64,000 nt of DNA from Octopus vulgaris (Eukaryota), in NCBI GenBank assembly GCA_951406725.2, contig OX597839.1:16988001-17052000 (forward strand), given 5' to 3'. The translations under genes and the position numbers were made by a program. Numbering within the stretch: the first letter of the stretch is position 1; every line of letters starts with the position of its first letter. The notes under the pieces are model-generated. The model saw only the letters and a list, made by a program, of their open reading frames with translations. It made no database searches and was not told where the DNA came from. This document shows positions 40,085 through 54,093 of the stretch, one piece after another.

Positions 40085-40238
40085 CAAGTACATTCATGAA
40101 CTTATGTACTTATATGTGCATGCTAATATAAATATATATGTATGTAAATATATTTATAAACAAGTACATTCATGAACTTATGTACTTATATGTGCATGCT
40201 AATATAAATATATATGTATGTAAATATATTTATAAACA
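40085..40238. repeat. Two-copy 76-bp tandem duplication
   Basis: CAAGTACATTCATGAACTTATGTAC... at 40085 and 40161. Confidence 0.9.
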
Positions 40239-40334
40239 TATGTGTATGTATGTGTGTGCATATATATATGTATACATGTGTATGTGTATATATATGTATA
40301 TACATACTTCCATATATATATAGATATATATACA

Positions 40335-40401
<67 letters not shown>

Positions 40402-41124
40402 TAGATATAGATATACATATAACTGAATATATGGATGTCTATATAAAATATTACAAATTTGTATCAAGTATTTTATATTTGTAAAACATTTTTTCATCAA
40501 ACCTGATATGATGTAAATGTATGTGTGTTATTGTTATTCTGAGTACATTTGTGTGTGTGTGTGAGATAGAAAGAGAAAGTGTGTGAGAGAGAGAAGAGAA
40601 AGTGTGAGAGAGAGAGAGAGAAAGTGTGTGAGAGAGAAAGAGAGAAGAAAAGTGTGTGCGTGTGCATCTGTACTTAAATATCTAAACAACTGAGTCAATG
40701 AGGCAGAATGCATGTTTATTAAACGTGCACATGACCTTATTTACAATATATATATATATATATATAGATATATATATTTGTGTGTGTGCCTGTATATTTA
40801 ATGCTAGTAGTGGTGGGGTGGGATTGTGCATGTGTGTATATGTGTGGGTGTGAATTTTAATCTTATAATTATACAAAGGTATACATACAAATAACATTAA
40901 AATATATAAATATTAATACTAAACTAACCGCCATTTTTAAAATTAATATTAATATTCATATTCTCTGGTTTATATTAATATTAGTATTTATACTGTGCAG
41001 TGTATTTTGCTTACATATCCTTTCATATGCATCCGATCACATTTTATACATGTATATATATGAATATATATATATAAGTATATATATATATGTATTTATA
41101 TATATATTTATATATATATATATC

Positions 41125-41330
41125 TTTTACTCTTTTACTTGTTTCAGTCATTTGACTGCGGCCATGCTGGAGCACCACCTTTAGTCGAGCAAATCGACCC
41201 CGGGACTTATTCTTTGTAAGCCCAGTACTTATTCTATCAGCCTCTTTTGCCGAACCGCTAAGTGACGGGGACATAAACACACCAGCATCAGTTGTCAAGC
41301 AATGCTAAGGGGACAAACACAGACACACAA

Positions 41331-41362
<32 letters not shown>

Positions 41363-41470
41363 GTATGACAGGCTTCTTTCAGTTTCTGTCTACCAAATCC
41401 ACTCACAAGGCTTTGGTCGGCCTGGGGCTATAGCAGAATACACTTACCCAAGATGCCACGCAGTGGGACT
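41125..41470 (-). mobile_element. SINE family A, 5'-truncated
   Basis: Similarity to 42813-43202. Confidence 0.85.
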
Positions 41471-41807
41471 ATATATACATACATATATATATATATATTT
41501 TTTTTTTTCTGACCAGGCCATCAGATGTTGTTACACATCGCTGGTCACAATGCACTTCGCATTGTTTTAGCCTTCAAATGACGCCACCTCGTTGGCTAAG
41601 TGAGCAGGCCAACAGAAGAAAGAGTGAGAGAAAGTTGTGGCGAAAGAGTACAGCAGGGATCGCCACCACCCCCTGCCGGAGCCTCATGGAGCTTTAGGTG
41701 TTTTCGCTCAATAAACACTCACAACGCCCGGTCTGGTAATCGAAACCGCGATCCTACGACTACGAGTCCACTGCCCTAACCACTAGGTTATAAGTATATA
41801 TATATAT

Positions 41808-41854
<47 letters not shown>

Positions 41855-41855
<1 letters not shown>

Positions 41856-42237
41856 TAGCAGTATCGCCTGGCATTGCTCAGGTTTGTAAGGGAAATAACT
41901 ATAAAGCATTTTTAGAGAGTTATAGCCAAAAAATAGCAAAAAAATGGAAAAAAATTATGGTAAATTTTTTTTGAGAGTAAAAAAGGTGGAGTTGCGTCCC
42001 CTAGACAGTTTGCGGTTTGTGTTTCTGATTCTCGACCCCATGTCGAATTTATCGATTTTTTTCAGAACTGGGGGAACTTTTCAAAATTTTGGCTGCGTTA
42101 GTTTTGAATTATGACATTGGGCTATGTGTGTGTCAAGTTTCATCAGAATCGGTTGAAAGCCGTGGTCAGGGTGAGGGTACAAGCAAACAGACACACAGAA
42201 ACACGCACAGACAAACTGCCGTTTATATAGAGAGAGA
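41855..42237 (-). mobile_element. Non-autonomous Helitron (second copy)
   Basis: Reverse complement of 28480-28868 with the same TC and CTAG termini between A and T. Confidence 0.85.
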
Positions 42238-42689
42238 TATATGTATTTGGGGGTGAGGGGACTGTGCACATGTGTGTATATGTGGGTGTGAATTGTAAAT
42301 ATACAAAGGCATATGATGGTTGTTTATTTCTTTTGTCATCCCTATTACATAGATATATATTACCCACTCATAAAAAGAAATAAACTATCATCATATGCCT
42401 TTGATTATTTACAATTCACACCCACACATACACACATGTGCATAGTCCGCCCCCCACCCAATATATATATATATATTCCTTGTTTCACATCTATGTGCTT
42501 ACTTTGGTATATGTTTTTGGTTTGTTTGCAGAACATATACCAGAGTAAGCACATAAGTATGAAACAAGGTGGGAAATATAGTTCTGCACTACTGGAGCTT
42601 GAGTCATAACTAATAAAGCTGCAAAAAAATCACAATAACTGTTACTCAGAATTCCACATTCCTGTTCATTGGACAGTTTTTTTGACCAA

Positions 42690-42731
42690 AACTGTCTGAT
42701 GAACAGGAATGTGAAACTCTGAGTAACAGTT
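42690..42731 (+). ncRNA. Minimal type-I hammerhead ribozyme, fully canonical
   Basis: AACTGT-CTGATGA-ACA GGAA TGT-GAAA-CTC T GAG-TA-ACAGTT; perfect stems I and II, GUA triplet; mutated mirror copy at 42637-42678(-). Confidence 0.85.
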
Positions 42732-42765
42732 ATTCTGATGTTTTTGCAGCTTTATTAATAATAAT

Positions 42766-42812
<47 letters not shown>

Positions 42813-42814
<2 letters not shown>

Positions 42815-43198
42815 CGCAGGAGTGGCTGTGTGGTAAGTAGCTTGCTAACCAACCGCATGGTTCCGGGTTCAGTCCCACTGCGTGGCATCATGGGCAAGTG
42901 TCTTCTGCTATAGCCCCGGGTCGACCAATGCCTTTGTGAGTGGATTTGGTAGACGGAAACTGAAAGAAGCCTGTCGTATATATGTGTGTTTGTTTGTGTG
43001 TCTGTGTTTGTCCCCCTAGCATTGCTTGACAACCGATGCTGGTGTGTTTATGTCCCCGTTACTTAGCGGTTCGGCAAAAGAGACCGATAGCATAAGTACT
43101 GGGCTTACAAAAAAAGAATAAGTCCCGGGGTCGAGTCGCTCGACTAAAGGCGGTGCTCCAGCATGGCCGCAGTCAAAGGACTGAAACAAGTAAAAGAG

Positions 43199-43202
<4 letters not shown>
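42813..43202 (+). mobile_element. SINE family A, full-length young copy
   Basis: GGCGCAGGAGTGGCTGTGTGGTAAG (A box), GGTTCAGTCCC (B box), CpGs retained, GTAAAAGAGTAAA tail. Confidence 0.92.
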
Positions 43203-43250
<48 letters not shown>

Positions 43251-43553
43251 CATGTTCGAACATGGCAGATACTAGCATCGCCTGACTGGCATCCGTGTCA
43301 GTGACACGTAAAAGCATCAACCGATCGTGGCCATTTGCCAGCTTGCTCTGGCTCCTGTGCCGGTGGCACGTAAAAAAACACCCACTACACTCACGGAGTG
43401 GTTGGCGTTAGGAAGGGCATCCAGCTGTAGAAATACTGCCAAATCAGACTAGAGCCTGGTGCATCCTCCATGGCTTACCAAACCCCGGTTGAACCGTCCA
43501 ACCCATGCTAGCATGGAAAACGGATGTTAAATGATGATGATGATATATATGTA

Positions 43554-43730
43554 GGTGCAGGAGTGGCTGTGTGGTAAATAGTTTGCTTACCAACCACATG
43601 GTTCTGGATTCATTCCCATTGCATGGCACTTTGGGCAAGTGTCTTCTACTATAGCCTCAGGGTGACCAAAGCCTTGTGAGTGGATTTGGTAGACGGAAAC
43701 TGGAAGAAGCCCATCATATATATATATATA

Positions 43731-43779
<49 letters not shown>

Positions 43780-43990
43780 TTGTGTATATATGTTTGTGTG
43801 TCTATGTTTGTCCCCCAACATTGCTTGACAACTGATGCTGGTGTGTTTATGTCCCTGTAACTTAGCAGTTCGGCAAAAGAGACTGATAGAATAAGTACTA
43901 GGCTTACAAAGAATAAGTCCTGGGGTCGATTTGCTCAACTAAAAGCGGTGCTCCCGCATAGCCACAGTCAAAACAAGTAAAAGAGTAAAA
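43554..43990 (+). mobile_element. SINE family A, full length
   Basis: Same structure as 42813-43202. Confidence 0.9.
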
Positions 43991-43993
43991 TTG

Positions 43994-44026
<33 letters not shown>

Positions 44027-44029
<3 letters not shown>

Positions 44030-44236
44030 GGTTGGCCAATCAATCAAAACCATTTAATTCCAAGACTTATTTATGTTAAACAACTGAATGAATTTAATAA
44101 AAGCATCTAAATATGAAACATCAAGAAAATTATTCAAACTGAAGTCTTTGAGCAACACATTTTTCCATTTGAGTCTATCAGAATTGCAGATAGTATTTAT
44201 GGAATTTTGATTTACTATGACTTTTGGACAACCCTG
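44027..44236. mobile_element. Tc1/mariner-type MITE
   Basis: TIRs CAGGGTTGGCCAA / TTGGACAACCCTG within (TA)n. Confidence 0.6.
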
Positions 44237-44529
44237 TATATATATATATATATATATATATCGATGCCAGACCCCTCTGGCACCTGTGCAGGTGGCACGT
44301 AAAAAACACCCACTACACTCGCGGAGTGGTTGGCGTTAGGAAGGGCATCCAGCTGTAGAAACACTGCCAGACTAGACTGGAGCCTGGGGCAGTCCCTAGC
44401 TCCCCAGACCCCGGTCGAAACCATCCAACCCGTGCTAGCGCGGAAAACGGACGTTAAACGATGATGATGATGATGATGATGATAATGCTGATGACAAAGG
44501 AAATAAACAATTTTCTTATGAACTTCATT

Positions 44530-44613
44530 AGGTTACAGCTGTTTCAGCTATAAGCTGCAATGCACTCATAGTTGAGTGGTTGCTATGTATCAGCCTATAG
44601 CTTCATCAGAGCT
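44530..44613 (-). ncRNA. Type-I hammerhead ribozyme with long stem II
   Basis: Minus strand: AGCT-CTGATGA-AGCTATAGGCTG...CACTCA ACTA TGAGTG...CAGCTTATAGCT-GAAA-CAGCTG-TA-ACCT; 12-bp stem II, one mismatch in stem I. Confidence 0.75.
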
Positions 44614-45455
44614 TCAAACATGATATGCAGTTTATTTGAGAAGGAAACATTAAAATTTATGTATATACATCAAAAAGCATTACCAATGAAAAAAGTATGT
44701 GTGTGTTTGTATGTATGTATGCATGCATCAGTTTTAGTTTCTTTGCAATCAATGGAGCCCACATGGAAGTTTCCTGATATTTCTAATAAGACTTTACTTG
44801 TTTGCCAATGTGTTCCAATAAACTCTGCTGAGTTATCTTTATTTTTCATTATTTTCTGAATTTTTCAAATTTCAAATGTAATTTATAGATCCCCTGTATA
44901 TATAGGTACATACTTATGTATGATGATGATACATACATTAATATATTTTGTGAACATCAAAGCATGATAGAAACAATTTTCTATACTAACAAAGCCGTGG
45001 CATGCCTGACAAATAACCCTAACCTCACAAATGAAAGCAGGAAATACCCTAAATAACAAGGACAAGTAAAGACAGGACCAGCTTAGTCTTACCATCTACA
45101 TATATTCTTTTGTGAAAAAAAAAGCGTTGGCATACCCAATTATTCAGGGCTTAAATACTGGACTTTGTAACTTTGATCTTTATATTGTTCAAGCAAAAGG
45201 ATTAAATCCAATAATACTGAAAGCAACAGAAATACTGTCACACCTTGTGCCTACCTAACAAAAGAGAAACATTTACAGGCTTGTTTACAAACTTCTGCAT
45301 GCATGATTAAACTCTAAACAGTAACACAACTCAAATTTAATAGAAATTTTTCCAAAGCACCTTTTCATAACAACCACCCCACTCTAAACCACACATCCAA
45401 AGATGATTTTAACTCAACAAAGACTATATAAAGGCAAGACTAACTCTAATGCATC

Positions 45456-45500
45456 GTAGTCTGATGATGGCTCAGCCGGCTGAAACTTCGAAGTCACTGT
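45456..45500 (+). ncRNA. Type-I hammerhead ribozyme with palindromic stem III
   Basis: GTAGT-CTGATGA-T-GGCT CAGCC GGCT-GAAA-CTTCGAAG-TC-ACTGT; GUC triplet; TATATAAAG ~30 bp upstream. Confidence 0.75.
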
Positions 45501-46166
45501 CAGCAGCATTCTTTTATTCTTTTACTTGTTTCAGTCATATGACTGCGACCAGGCTGGAGCACTACCTCCTTGTATAGGAATAATAAATTTGTAGTCTACA
45601 AAAGTATTGAGTAGCCCATCAGATTAATGTAAGATTGTTTTTATTAGAACTGAAAAAAAGAACAAACATTAATATATATACACATATCTGTGTGTGTGTG
45701 TGTGTGTGTGTGCATATATGTATATTTGAATTTGTTTCACACCACTTCACAGCTGATGTCAATTTGTTTCCATTGCAATATAACCTAGCAGTTCAGCAAA
45801 ACACAGTAGCAGACACCGAAATAAGTACTGCTGTTATTTGATCGACTAAAATCTTTGTGTGTGTGTGTGTAGTTAAGAAGCTTGTTTCCCAATAATGTGG
45901 TCTCAGGTTCCATCACATGACATGCCACATTCACATTTCACTTACTTGCCCTTCAAAAAGGGAATTTTTGTCCCATTGCTTGTCTTTGAAAGGTGAAGAT
46001 CAAGAAGGATGTCAAAATAATCTCACCGATTTTTGCTCCATATTCTCATGTGGTTTCCTGGAAGGTAAACATTCCCAAATGCACAGACACATGCACACAT
46101 ACAGCTTACATATATATATGGATGCATGGCCTTCAATCAAATAATAATATGATTAATATATATGTA

Positions 46167-46214
<48 letters not shown>

Positions 46215-46689
46215 CATATATGCCCTGAGTTGGCAATGGCTTGCCTGTCACTTCACATTCCAGCTCCACTGACCATGCTACCAACTCTTCTCAGTTTTTC
46301 ACTTGGCTACCAACCCTGACTATCTTACCACTCACTTCTAAACAGAACAGGAGCTCATTTTCTCTCTCCAATCTTATAACCTGATATATGCTCTCCAAAA
46401 TTCCCTCTGCAATTGATCTACTTCAGGCAAACCAGCTACCAATTGGTTGATAGGTTTGCAGAACATCTCAGAGACCCTTGACTTGGCCACAGGTCAGCTG
46501 TTTCTCAACATTTTCGCTCCTGCAACCATTCCATCCAACACCACTCACTCTCCAGTGTGACTACCATGTCTGGATCCTCTATTGTAGACAGAGCATGAGC
46601 TCATTTTCTGTTCCCAAATTTATATGTTTTTGTTTGAATTCTCCTCCTCAATTCTTTTAAATATTTTTCTCCCCATACTTCCATCGCTA

Positions 46690-47490
46690 TACCAGTTGGT
46701 CCAATATTGTTTTTCAGACATTAACAGCATGTTGTGACATAAATCAAATTTTGAAAGTTTCAAGTGAAGTGTTTCTTTATTTAAAAACTTGGTTCATCCT
46801 TAAATTTGAAGTCTGAGCCTTCAGTTTGGTTATTCACATTTAGTAAACATGAAATTCAGAACTTGTTTGGAAATTTTTGCACAAGTTAATATACTTTTCC
46901 ATATCATAGGTTGCCTTTTGATTGCAATAACTTATTGATTTTCCTGAATTGTTTTAAGTTTTTGATCTTCATGTAGAATAGACAAGTTATTTTGAATGTA
47001 ACCGACCGTAACGAAAGTTCTGTCCATTTTTTAAGGCTCAATAAAACAATAAAAACAATACTTGATTTATTTAATTGTTAATATAGTCACCATTCTTCTC
47101 TATGACCTCTTTCAATCTGACAACGAGTTTTTTAATGCCATGTTAGTCAAATTGCTTAGGTTTGGAAGTGGAAAAGGAAATTAACTCATTTTCAACTTCT
47201 ACTCTTGAAATAAGTTTTAATCCACTCAAATGATTATGTAAACTTATAAAGTGATGGTAATCTGTAGGTGTGAGATCCAGTATTTCTTGAGTTAAATGTA
47301 GATACATATGGCAAAACTTTTTTCTTAGTTATACTTTTTGCTTTTTGGGATCATAGCAATCAATGCATTTTTGCCCTTTCTTTTCTATTTACAATAAGCT
47401 TCAGAGGAAACACCATTTGAATTTGTTTTTCAGTTCTTCCAGTTTTTGATAATGTTTGGTAATGTTTGATACAATTATCTTCTACCATGT
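46690..47490 (-). pseudogene. Heavily decayed mariner transposase fragments
   Basis: Minus strand DLTPTDYHHFISLHNHLSG and KLVVRLKEVIEKNGDY resemble DLAPSDYHLFRSLQNHL and KLV.RW..VI...G.Y. Confidence 0.6.
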
Positions 47491-47829
47491 ATTTTTTTCT
47501 TGTTTTAGTCATTAAACTGTGGCCATGCTGGGGCTCCACTTTCAAGGGATTTAATCAAGCAAATCTACCCCAGTACTTATCCTATTGGCTTCTTTTGCTG
47601 AGCTTCTAAGTTACAGGGGCATAAAAAGCACCAACACTGGTTATCAAGTAGTAGTGGAAGGAAAACACAAAGACTAACAGACAGACACACACACACATAC
47701 ACACACACTTCACTCAGTTTCTACCTACTAAATCCACTCATAAAGCTTCTGTAGAAGACACTTACCAAAGGTGCTACACAGTGTCAGGAGCAAGCTTCTT
47801 ACCACACAGCCATCCTCATTGTGCAAATC

Positions 47830-48040
47830 TTTTTGCTAAACTGAACATAATGGCAGGATGTGAAAAGAAGGTAATGTCTTGAATCTGTGGATTTGTCACG
47901 GATATCTGTTTCTAGTTTTCCAAATTTACTCATGATTAAATTGTCTAGAACAAGTGGTTCTTTCTGATTAAATTCCATTGTGAATTGAATATTGCTGTTA
48001 ATAACATTTATTAGATTCTTAAATTTCGTAAGTTTATTTT
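47830..48040 (-). pseudogene. Penelope-like element RT fragment
   Basis: INVINSNIQFTMEFNQKEPLVLDNLI...LETDIRDKSTDSRHYLLFTSCH matches PLE I.FT.E....LPFLD......T..Y.KPTD...YL.F.S.H. Confidence 0.8.
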
Positions 48041-49436
48041 CATCAATGATTCTCAACTGGGGACCATAGCTTCATAGGAACCTTGGAGTCCATAAGACTC
48101 TGAGTGGTCAATGTAAGATTTTGTTGTTAAATTTTATGTGCAATAAACTGGTTATACTTGTACAGTACATAAAATATTTTAACAATTTTTGAAACAATTC
48201 CGAATAATATTTAAGTATGAAAAAATATTATATAAATAATTGGATGTTTTTTAAACATCGAATAGCTGTGGGTTACTAGTAGAGTAAAATAGGAATCAAG
48301 GGTAATCCATGGGCAAAAATTGGTTGAGAAACACTGATTTAGATCTTCCTGCCAGAAAATTTAATGAAATCATTAAGGTATCTTTTCCAGCTTTCTTTTA
48401 AATAGGTGCAGAATGTGTCTCCAAATATTTGAGTAGGTTCTTTGTGGATTTTGTTCTTCTCAAGTTAAGGCCATTATCATCAAGTTGGTATATCTAGGGA
48501 CAACTTTGGTTATTGGGAAAGAGGAAGAGGGGAGGAGGAAGAGGAGAGGAGGAAAAGAAGGAGGAGGAGAAGGAGAAGTAGGAAAAGAAGAAAAATGAGG
48601 AGGGGAGAAGGAGGTAAAGAAGAAGAAGAAGAAGATATGGTGGATGGTGATATGAAAGAGAGAAGAAAAAATGGCACTTAATTCAACACTTAATTCAAAT
48701 GTATCTTTTAAAATTTTTCTTTATTTTTTATCATTTTATTCTTTTGCTTTCTTTTTTTTTCCTAAAATGTCTTTTAAAAATAAAAAGCAAATGCAAGAAA
48801 CAAAAAAGAAATAAAGAGAAATAAATTTTTAAAAAAATGAAAACAAATACAAACATTTAACAACACAATTAAAGTAAAAAAAAACTAAAAGAGAAAGGAA
48901 GAAAGAAAAGACAAAGAAAAGAGAGGAAAGAAAGGAAGAAAACAGAAAAAGAAAAAAGGAAGACGAAAGAAAGACGTGAAGAAAGAAAGAAAGGAAGAAA
49001 GAAAACAGAAAAAAGATGAAAGATAGAAAGAAAGAAAAAAGAAAACAGAAAGAGAGAAAAAGGACAAAGAAAAAGGAAGAAAACAGAAAGAACAAAAAAG
49101 AAAACAGAAAGAAAGAAAGAAAGGACAGAAAGGAAAGAAAACAGAAAGAAAGGAAGAAAGAACAATGAAAGGAGAGAAGAAAAAAGAAAGTAAGAAAGGA
49201 AAGGAAGGAAGAAAATAGAAAAAAAGAAAAAAAAAACAAAATAAAAGAAAGGAAAATGAAATTGAAACAAGAAAAGGAAAATGTAAGAAATTAGGAAAAA
49301 AGAAAGAAAGCAAAAGAAAAACACGAACAAAAACAAAGGGAAAATAAAAATTTTAAATAAAATTTAAAAACGGAGAAAAAAGTAAAACTAAAGGAACTTT
49401 GAAATTGTAACATATTATGGTCATACATTTTTCATG

Positions 49437-49470
<34 letters not shown>

Positions 49471-50442
49471 GTTGTTGTTGTTGTTGTTGTTGCTGTTGTT
49501 GTTGTTATCATCATCATCATCATCGTTGTTGTTGTGCTTGTTGTTGTTGTTGTTATGGGTAATGTTCTTGTTATTTGGTAAATATTTTTGTTGTTTTCTT
49601 TATGTCAAATACCAAAATGCAAATCACTCTGGTGCATTTCATTTTCTGTTTGTGTGTGTGTGTGTGTATGTGAGTATGTGCTTGTGTGTGTTTATGTGTG
49701 AGTGTGTGCTTAAGTGTGTGTGTGTTTGTGTGTCCCTGTCGTGGTGGTTGTTAGGGGTTACACTGCGTTGTTTGTATGTCTGCTTGTTGTTGTTGTTGTT
49801 TCTTTTGCATAAAATATCTTATACCGTTTTATAGAGTTTTTAGAAGTCGAAAAATGTCAGTCACTTTGTATTATGCCGCCAGAAAATTTAAAGAAATGAA
49901 AAAAAATTAGTAAAAGAAATCTTAAAAACCAATGTAAAGAAACAATACACAAACATGAGGAAAAAAAGAATTTGGAAAGAAAAAATTTTTTTAAAATTAT
50001 AATTCGAACCTTTAATTGCAAAAAGAGACTGCAAAGAAAATAATAATAATAACAATAATAATAATAATGATAATAATAATATTAATGATAATAATAAAAA
50101 AAGCAACAACCAGAACAGTAATGATGATAATAATAATAATAACAACAATAATGAGTTTAAAAAAATTACAGAATATATTCAACTTAAAAAATAAGTATTA
50201 ATGAAACTTAAGTACAACAGAACAGCTAAATAAGTGTGTATGTGTGAGTGTAAGCGTGCACACATGCATGTGAGTGTGTGTGTATATATATGTACACATG
50301 CACACACACACATACATGCATATATATATGTGTGTGTGTGTATGTGCATATGTATATACATATATATCATATATTTATTCTGTCTGTCTATCTACATATA
50401 TATACATGCATACATATATGTATGTATGTATGAATGTATGTA

Positions 50443-50476
<34 letters not shown>

Positions 50477-50563
50477 CATAGAGAGAGAGATAGAGAGGTA
50501 CTCATATATTATATATATATATGTGTGTGTGTGCGTGTGTGTGTGTGTGCGTGTGTGTATATA

Positions 50564-50595
<32 letters not shown>

Positions 50596-50859
50596 AATGT
50601 ATATAGTTGAGACTCTAAAAGAGTGTTATCTATGTATATTTGGAGAAAACTAAAAATTAAAAGGTATCCAATTTGCAAGTTAAAAAATAATCACTTATCT
50701 TTTCTTTTTCCTAATTTAAACATACCATTCATTGTTCTCAACTGTGTATAAAAGTCTGTGTGTAGAAAAATGTGTGCATATCTATATACATACAGACACA
50801 CACACACATGTGTGAGTATGCATAAATATACATATACACGTATATACACATGCACACAC

Positions 50860-50908
<49 letters not shown>

Positions 50909-51834
50909 GTACTGATCCGTGATAGAAAATTCAACAAAAACAGTACTTCACCTGGTGAAAGATAAATATTATTATTTAAAGGTCACAATACATGTATTAA
51001 AGTGCTACTAATAGTTTCATATGTTGAGAGAACTCAACATACATATATATAATTAAGCAGTTAGATGATCTACCAGTGCATTACCTAAACTACTTAATGC
51101 TTCATAATATATACAGATCATGGTTTCTCAACCATTTTTTAACTAATGACCCCTTTGATAGCTTTTTTATTCTATGGACCCCCATAGACATTCAGTATCT
51201 AAAAACTTCTTTCATACCTGTTTTTGTTTGTCACACATTAACTTGTGTAGTTTGAACTCTGTAAAATGATAAAGAAACCTGACTGTTTCATGCAATACAT
51301 ACATCTTAAGCAACATGTTTTTCAGTGGCCCTTAAAATACTATTGTGGATCCCCAATTTACTATTTGTTGTGTGGCCCTCCAAAACATCTTAAATGGACC
51401 CTCAGGGGCCATATTGATCCTGGTTGAGGACTACTGATGCACATCTAAAGTCTGTGGTCTTCAGATGTGATTCATGAATAGAAGCATAGTTCTGTGTCAT
51501 TGGTCAATCGATTCTTTGCTTGTTGTTTTATCAGATTGGTTCTCATTGGTCAAATTTTGTGATCCAAAATGCCACTGGGCAGAATTCTCTATCACAAAAT
51601 TCAACAGGTTACTTGATCGACTAGTTACTTCATCAGCAATGGAGAATTATGTGGTTCAGTCACACTGCATAGTACATTGGCCAAGTGCCTTCTGTAATAG
51701 CCCTGGACTGACCAAATCCTTGTGAGTGAATTTGGTACTTCCAAACCTCTTTCTTAGAAGCTTGGAAGTGCCAATATGAAAGGCTGCTAAATGTAGAGAA
51801 CTCATGGGAAAGGTACATATATTGATGCAGACAT

Positions 51835-52757
51835 TTTACTATTATAGGTGATATGTCCATCTGTCTGTCCATATGTCCCTCTGTTCCCTCTTCATGGTCA
51901 AATGGCTGGATCAATGGTCACAATGTTTTTTGGGATAATGAAGGAGGTAATCAGAAAGGTTTTTAGTGAAAAAAGAAAAAATGTGAAAAAGTATGATTAT
52001 TTAGTGAATATTAAGTTTGGTATTAATAAATCACTTTTGATTTGTTTTTTGTTAAAATTCTGGCAACGTGGATTAACTCTAGATTACCCTCCTGTATAGT
52101 TTGTGAATTTAGAGGGTTTAGATTTGTGATACTATCCCTTTATTTCCCATCATAGATAGGCAGATGCGCTATCTTAGTATAATGGGTGTTATGTCCATCT
52201 GTCTATCTGTCTGTCCAACTGTTTGTCGGTTCCCTCTTCACAGCCAGATGGCTGGACCAATGGTTACAATAATTTTGGGGATTACAAAGATGGTCAAGAA
52301 GGATTTTAGCATTAAAAGATCAGAAAGTATGATTATTTTGTGGATATCGATTTCGTATTTTTATTAAAAATTCATCGACCACAAGTAACTCTGAATTTTC
52401 ATGGTATAGTTCTTGGCCCCTTCAAAAATATGAAGAGGGTTGTGAGGACAGTTAATAGTGAAAATAAAATGGAAAAAGTGTGTGTGATTATTTAGCAGTC
52501 ATTGAAGTGTGTCAGTCTCGAGCAAGATTCAAAATGGCTAATCGAAGCAGTTGTTGTTTACATTTCAGTTTTGTCAATCAAAATAACCCATGGTACCAGA
52601 ACATCCAGACATTATTTACATAGAACAGTGAGAGGTAAGTCTTAGTTTGATTTTTTGCAACCCTAAAGATTCCACTCGCGTATTCACAGTAAACAAGACT
52701 TTAGATCATGTAAGTGTATTTTTACCCACATTGCTACGAGTAGAGCAACAGACTCTA
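51835..52757 (+). mobile_element. Old Helitron/DINE-like element with duplicated 5' module
   Basis: Two diverged copies of ATGTCCATCTGTCT.TC...TTCCCTCTTCA...ATGGCTGGA.CAATGGT.ACAAT (~51853 and ~52191); ends with a weak hairpin and CTAGT. Confidence 0.4.
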
Positions 52758-52914
52758 GTAATTTGAAAATTAGTGTCAACCAAACAGAAATTATTGTCTA
52801 CAAAGAAGTTTTGCAGTCATATTGATATTATCGAAAGGAATATGATACATAATTTAAATAAGGAAATTTGTGAACTTTAAATGTATAAGAGTATAAACAA
52901 ATGTAAAAAAAAGT

Positions 52915-53087
52915 GGCAATGTTTCGTTTGTCGTAGCACACGTTTCCGTCGATTTCCTCCGTCAATTGTCGATTTCCTCCGTCGATTTCCGTAAAAAATG
53001 TAAACACTGAATCGGCCATACATACATACATACATACATACATACATACATACATACATACATACATACATACATACATACATACAT

Positions 53088-53126
<39 letters not shown>

Positions 53127-53586
53127 CATACATACATACACACACACACACATACATGCAGACATATATATACACATACACCGAGTAAAAAATTACACTG
53201 AATCGGCCATACATACATACATACACACATACTTACACACACAGACACATACATACACACACACACACACACATACATATACACATACACCGAGTAAAAA
53301 ATTTCAGTTATCTCTCTTTCACACATTACTCTCTCTGTCTCTTCGCACACACTAACAGAAGCACTTCACTTACACAACATACTGTCTGTCTCCCACACCC
53401 CATCAAACACACACATGGGACTTCAAAAAGAAATTCCCTCGTCATAAAATCGCTTCCTCTAAGTCTCTTTCGTTCTCATTACTTCAAATATTCCCGCAAA
53501 GCCATATGTAAAAAAATAAAAGTTTTTTACGGAGATCGACGGAGGAAATCGACGGAAACGTGTGCTACGACAAATGAAACATTGCC
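52915..53586. mobile_element. Merlin-like MITE, copy 1
   Basis: TIRs GGCAATGTTTCGTTTGTCGTAGCACACGTTTCCGTCGATTTCC / GGAAATCGACGGAAACGTGTGCTACGACAAATGAAACATTGCC; 8-bp TSD AAAAAAGT on both sides. Confidence 0.8.
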
Positions 53587-54046
53587 AAAAAAGTATATCT
53601 AAATAACATTTTTTTCTTAATACTTTTTATGTAGTGGTCGAAGGAATCTCTGGCTTTCATTAGGAGTTGTCCACATAACCATTCATGATACAGAAGTTGG
53701 GAGCCTATTTCAGCTTAGGAGCGAATCATCATCACATGTCATTTAGTCGCAAACACATCATATAGCTACAATAGAATGTTGTATCACCAACAATAATGTG
53801 ATTTCTCTAAGACACCACACAGTAATCTGTCAAGGCCATTTACATATTTCTCAATGCATACTGCTGTTATGACTTCCCTCCCTCACTTTATGCCTCCATC
53901 GTAAATGGGCAGATTTGCTAGGGTAAGTTTATTAAGCTGAGAAACAATTGCCCTTAAATAAAAATATCCAATGATAAAATAAATTTTATCATAGCATATT
54001 TCTCTTGTTATTTACAATTTTATATATATATATGTATGTGTGTGTA

Positions 54047-54093
<47 letters not shown>

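Noticed and set aside
48829-49336. F/L/S-rich membrane-protein-like ORFs
   Set aside because: Artefact of a polypurine/polypyrimidine low-complexity tract.
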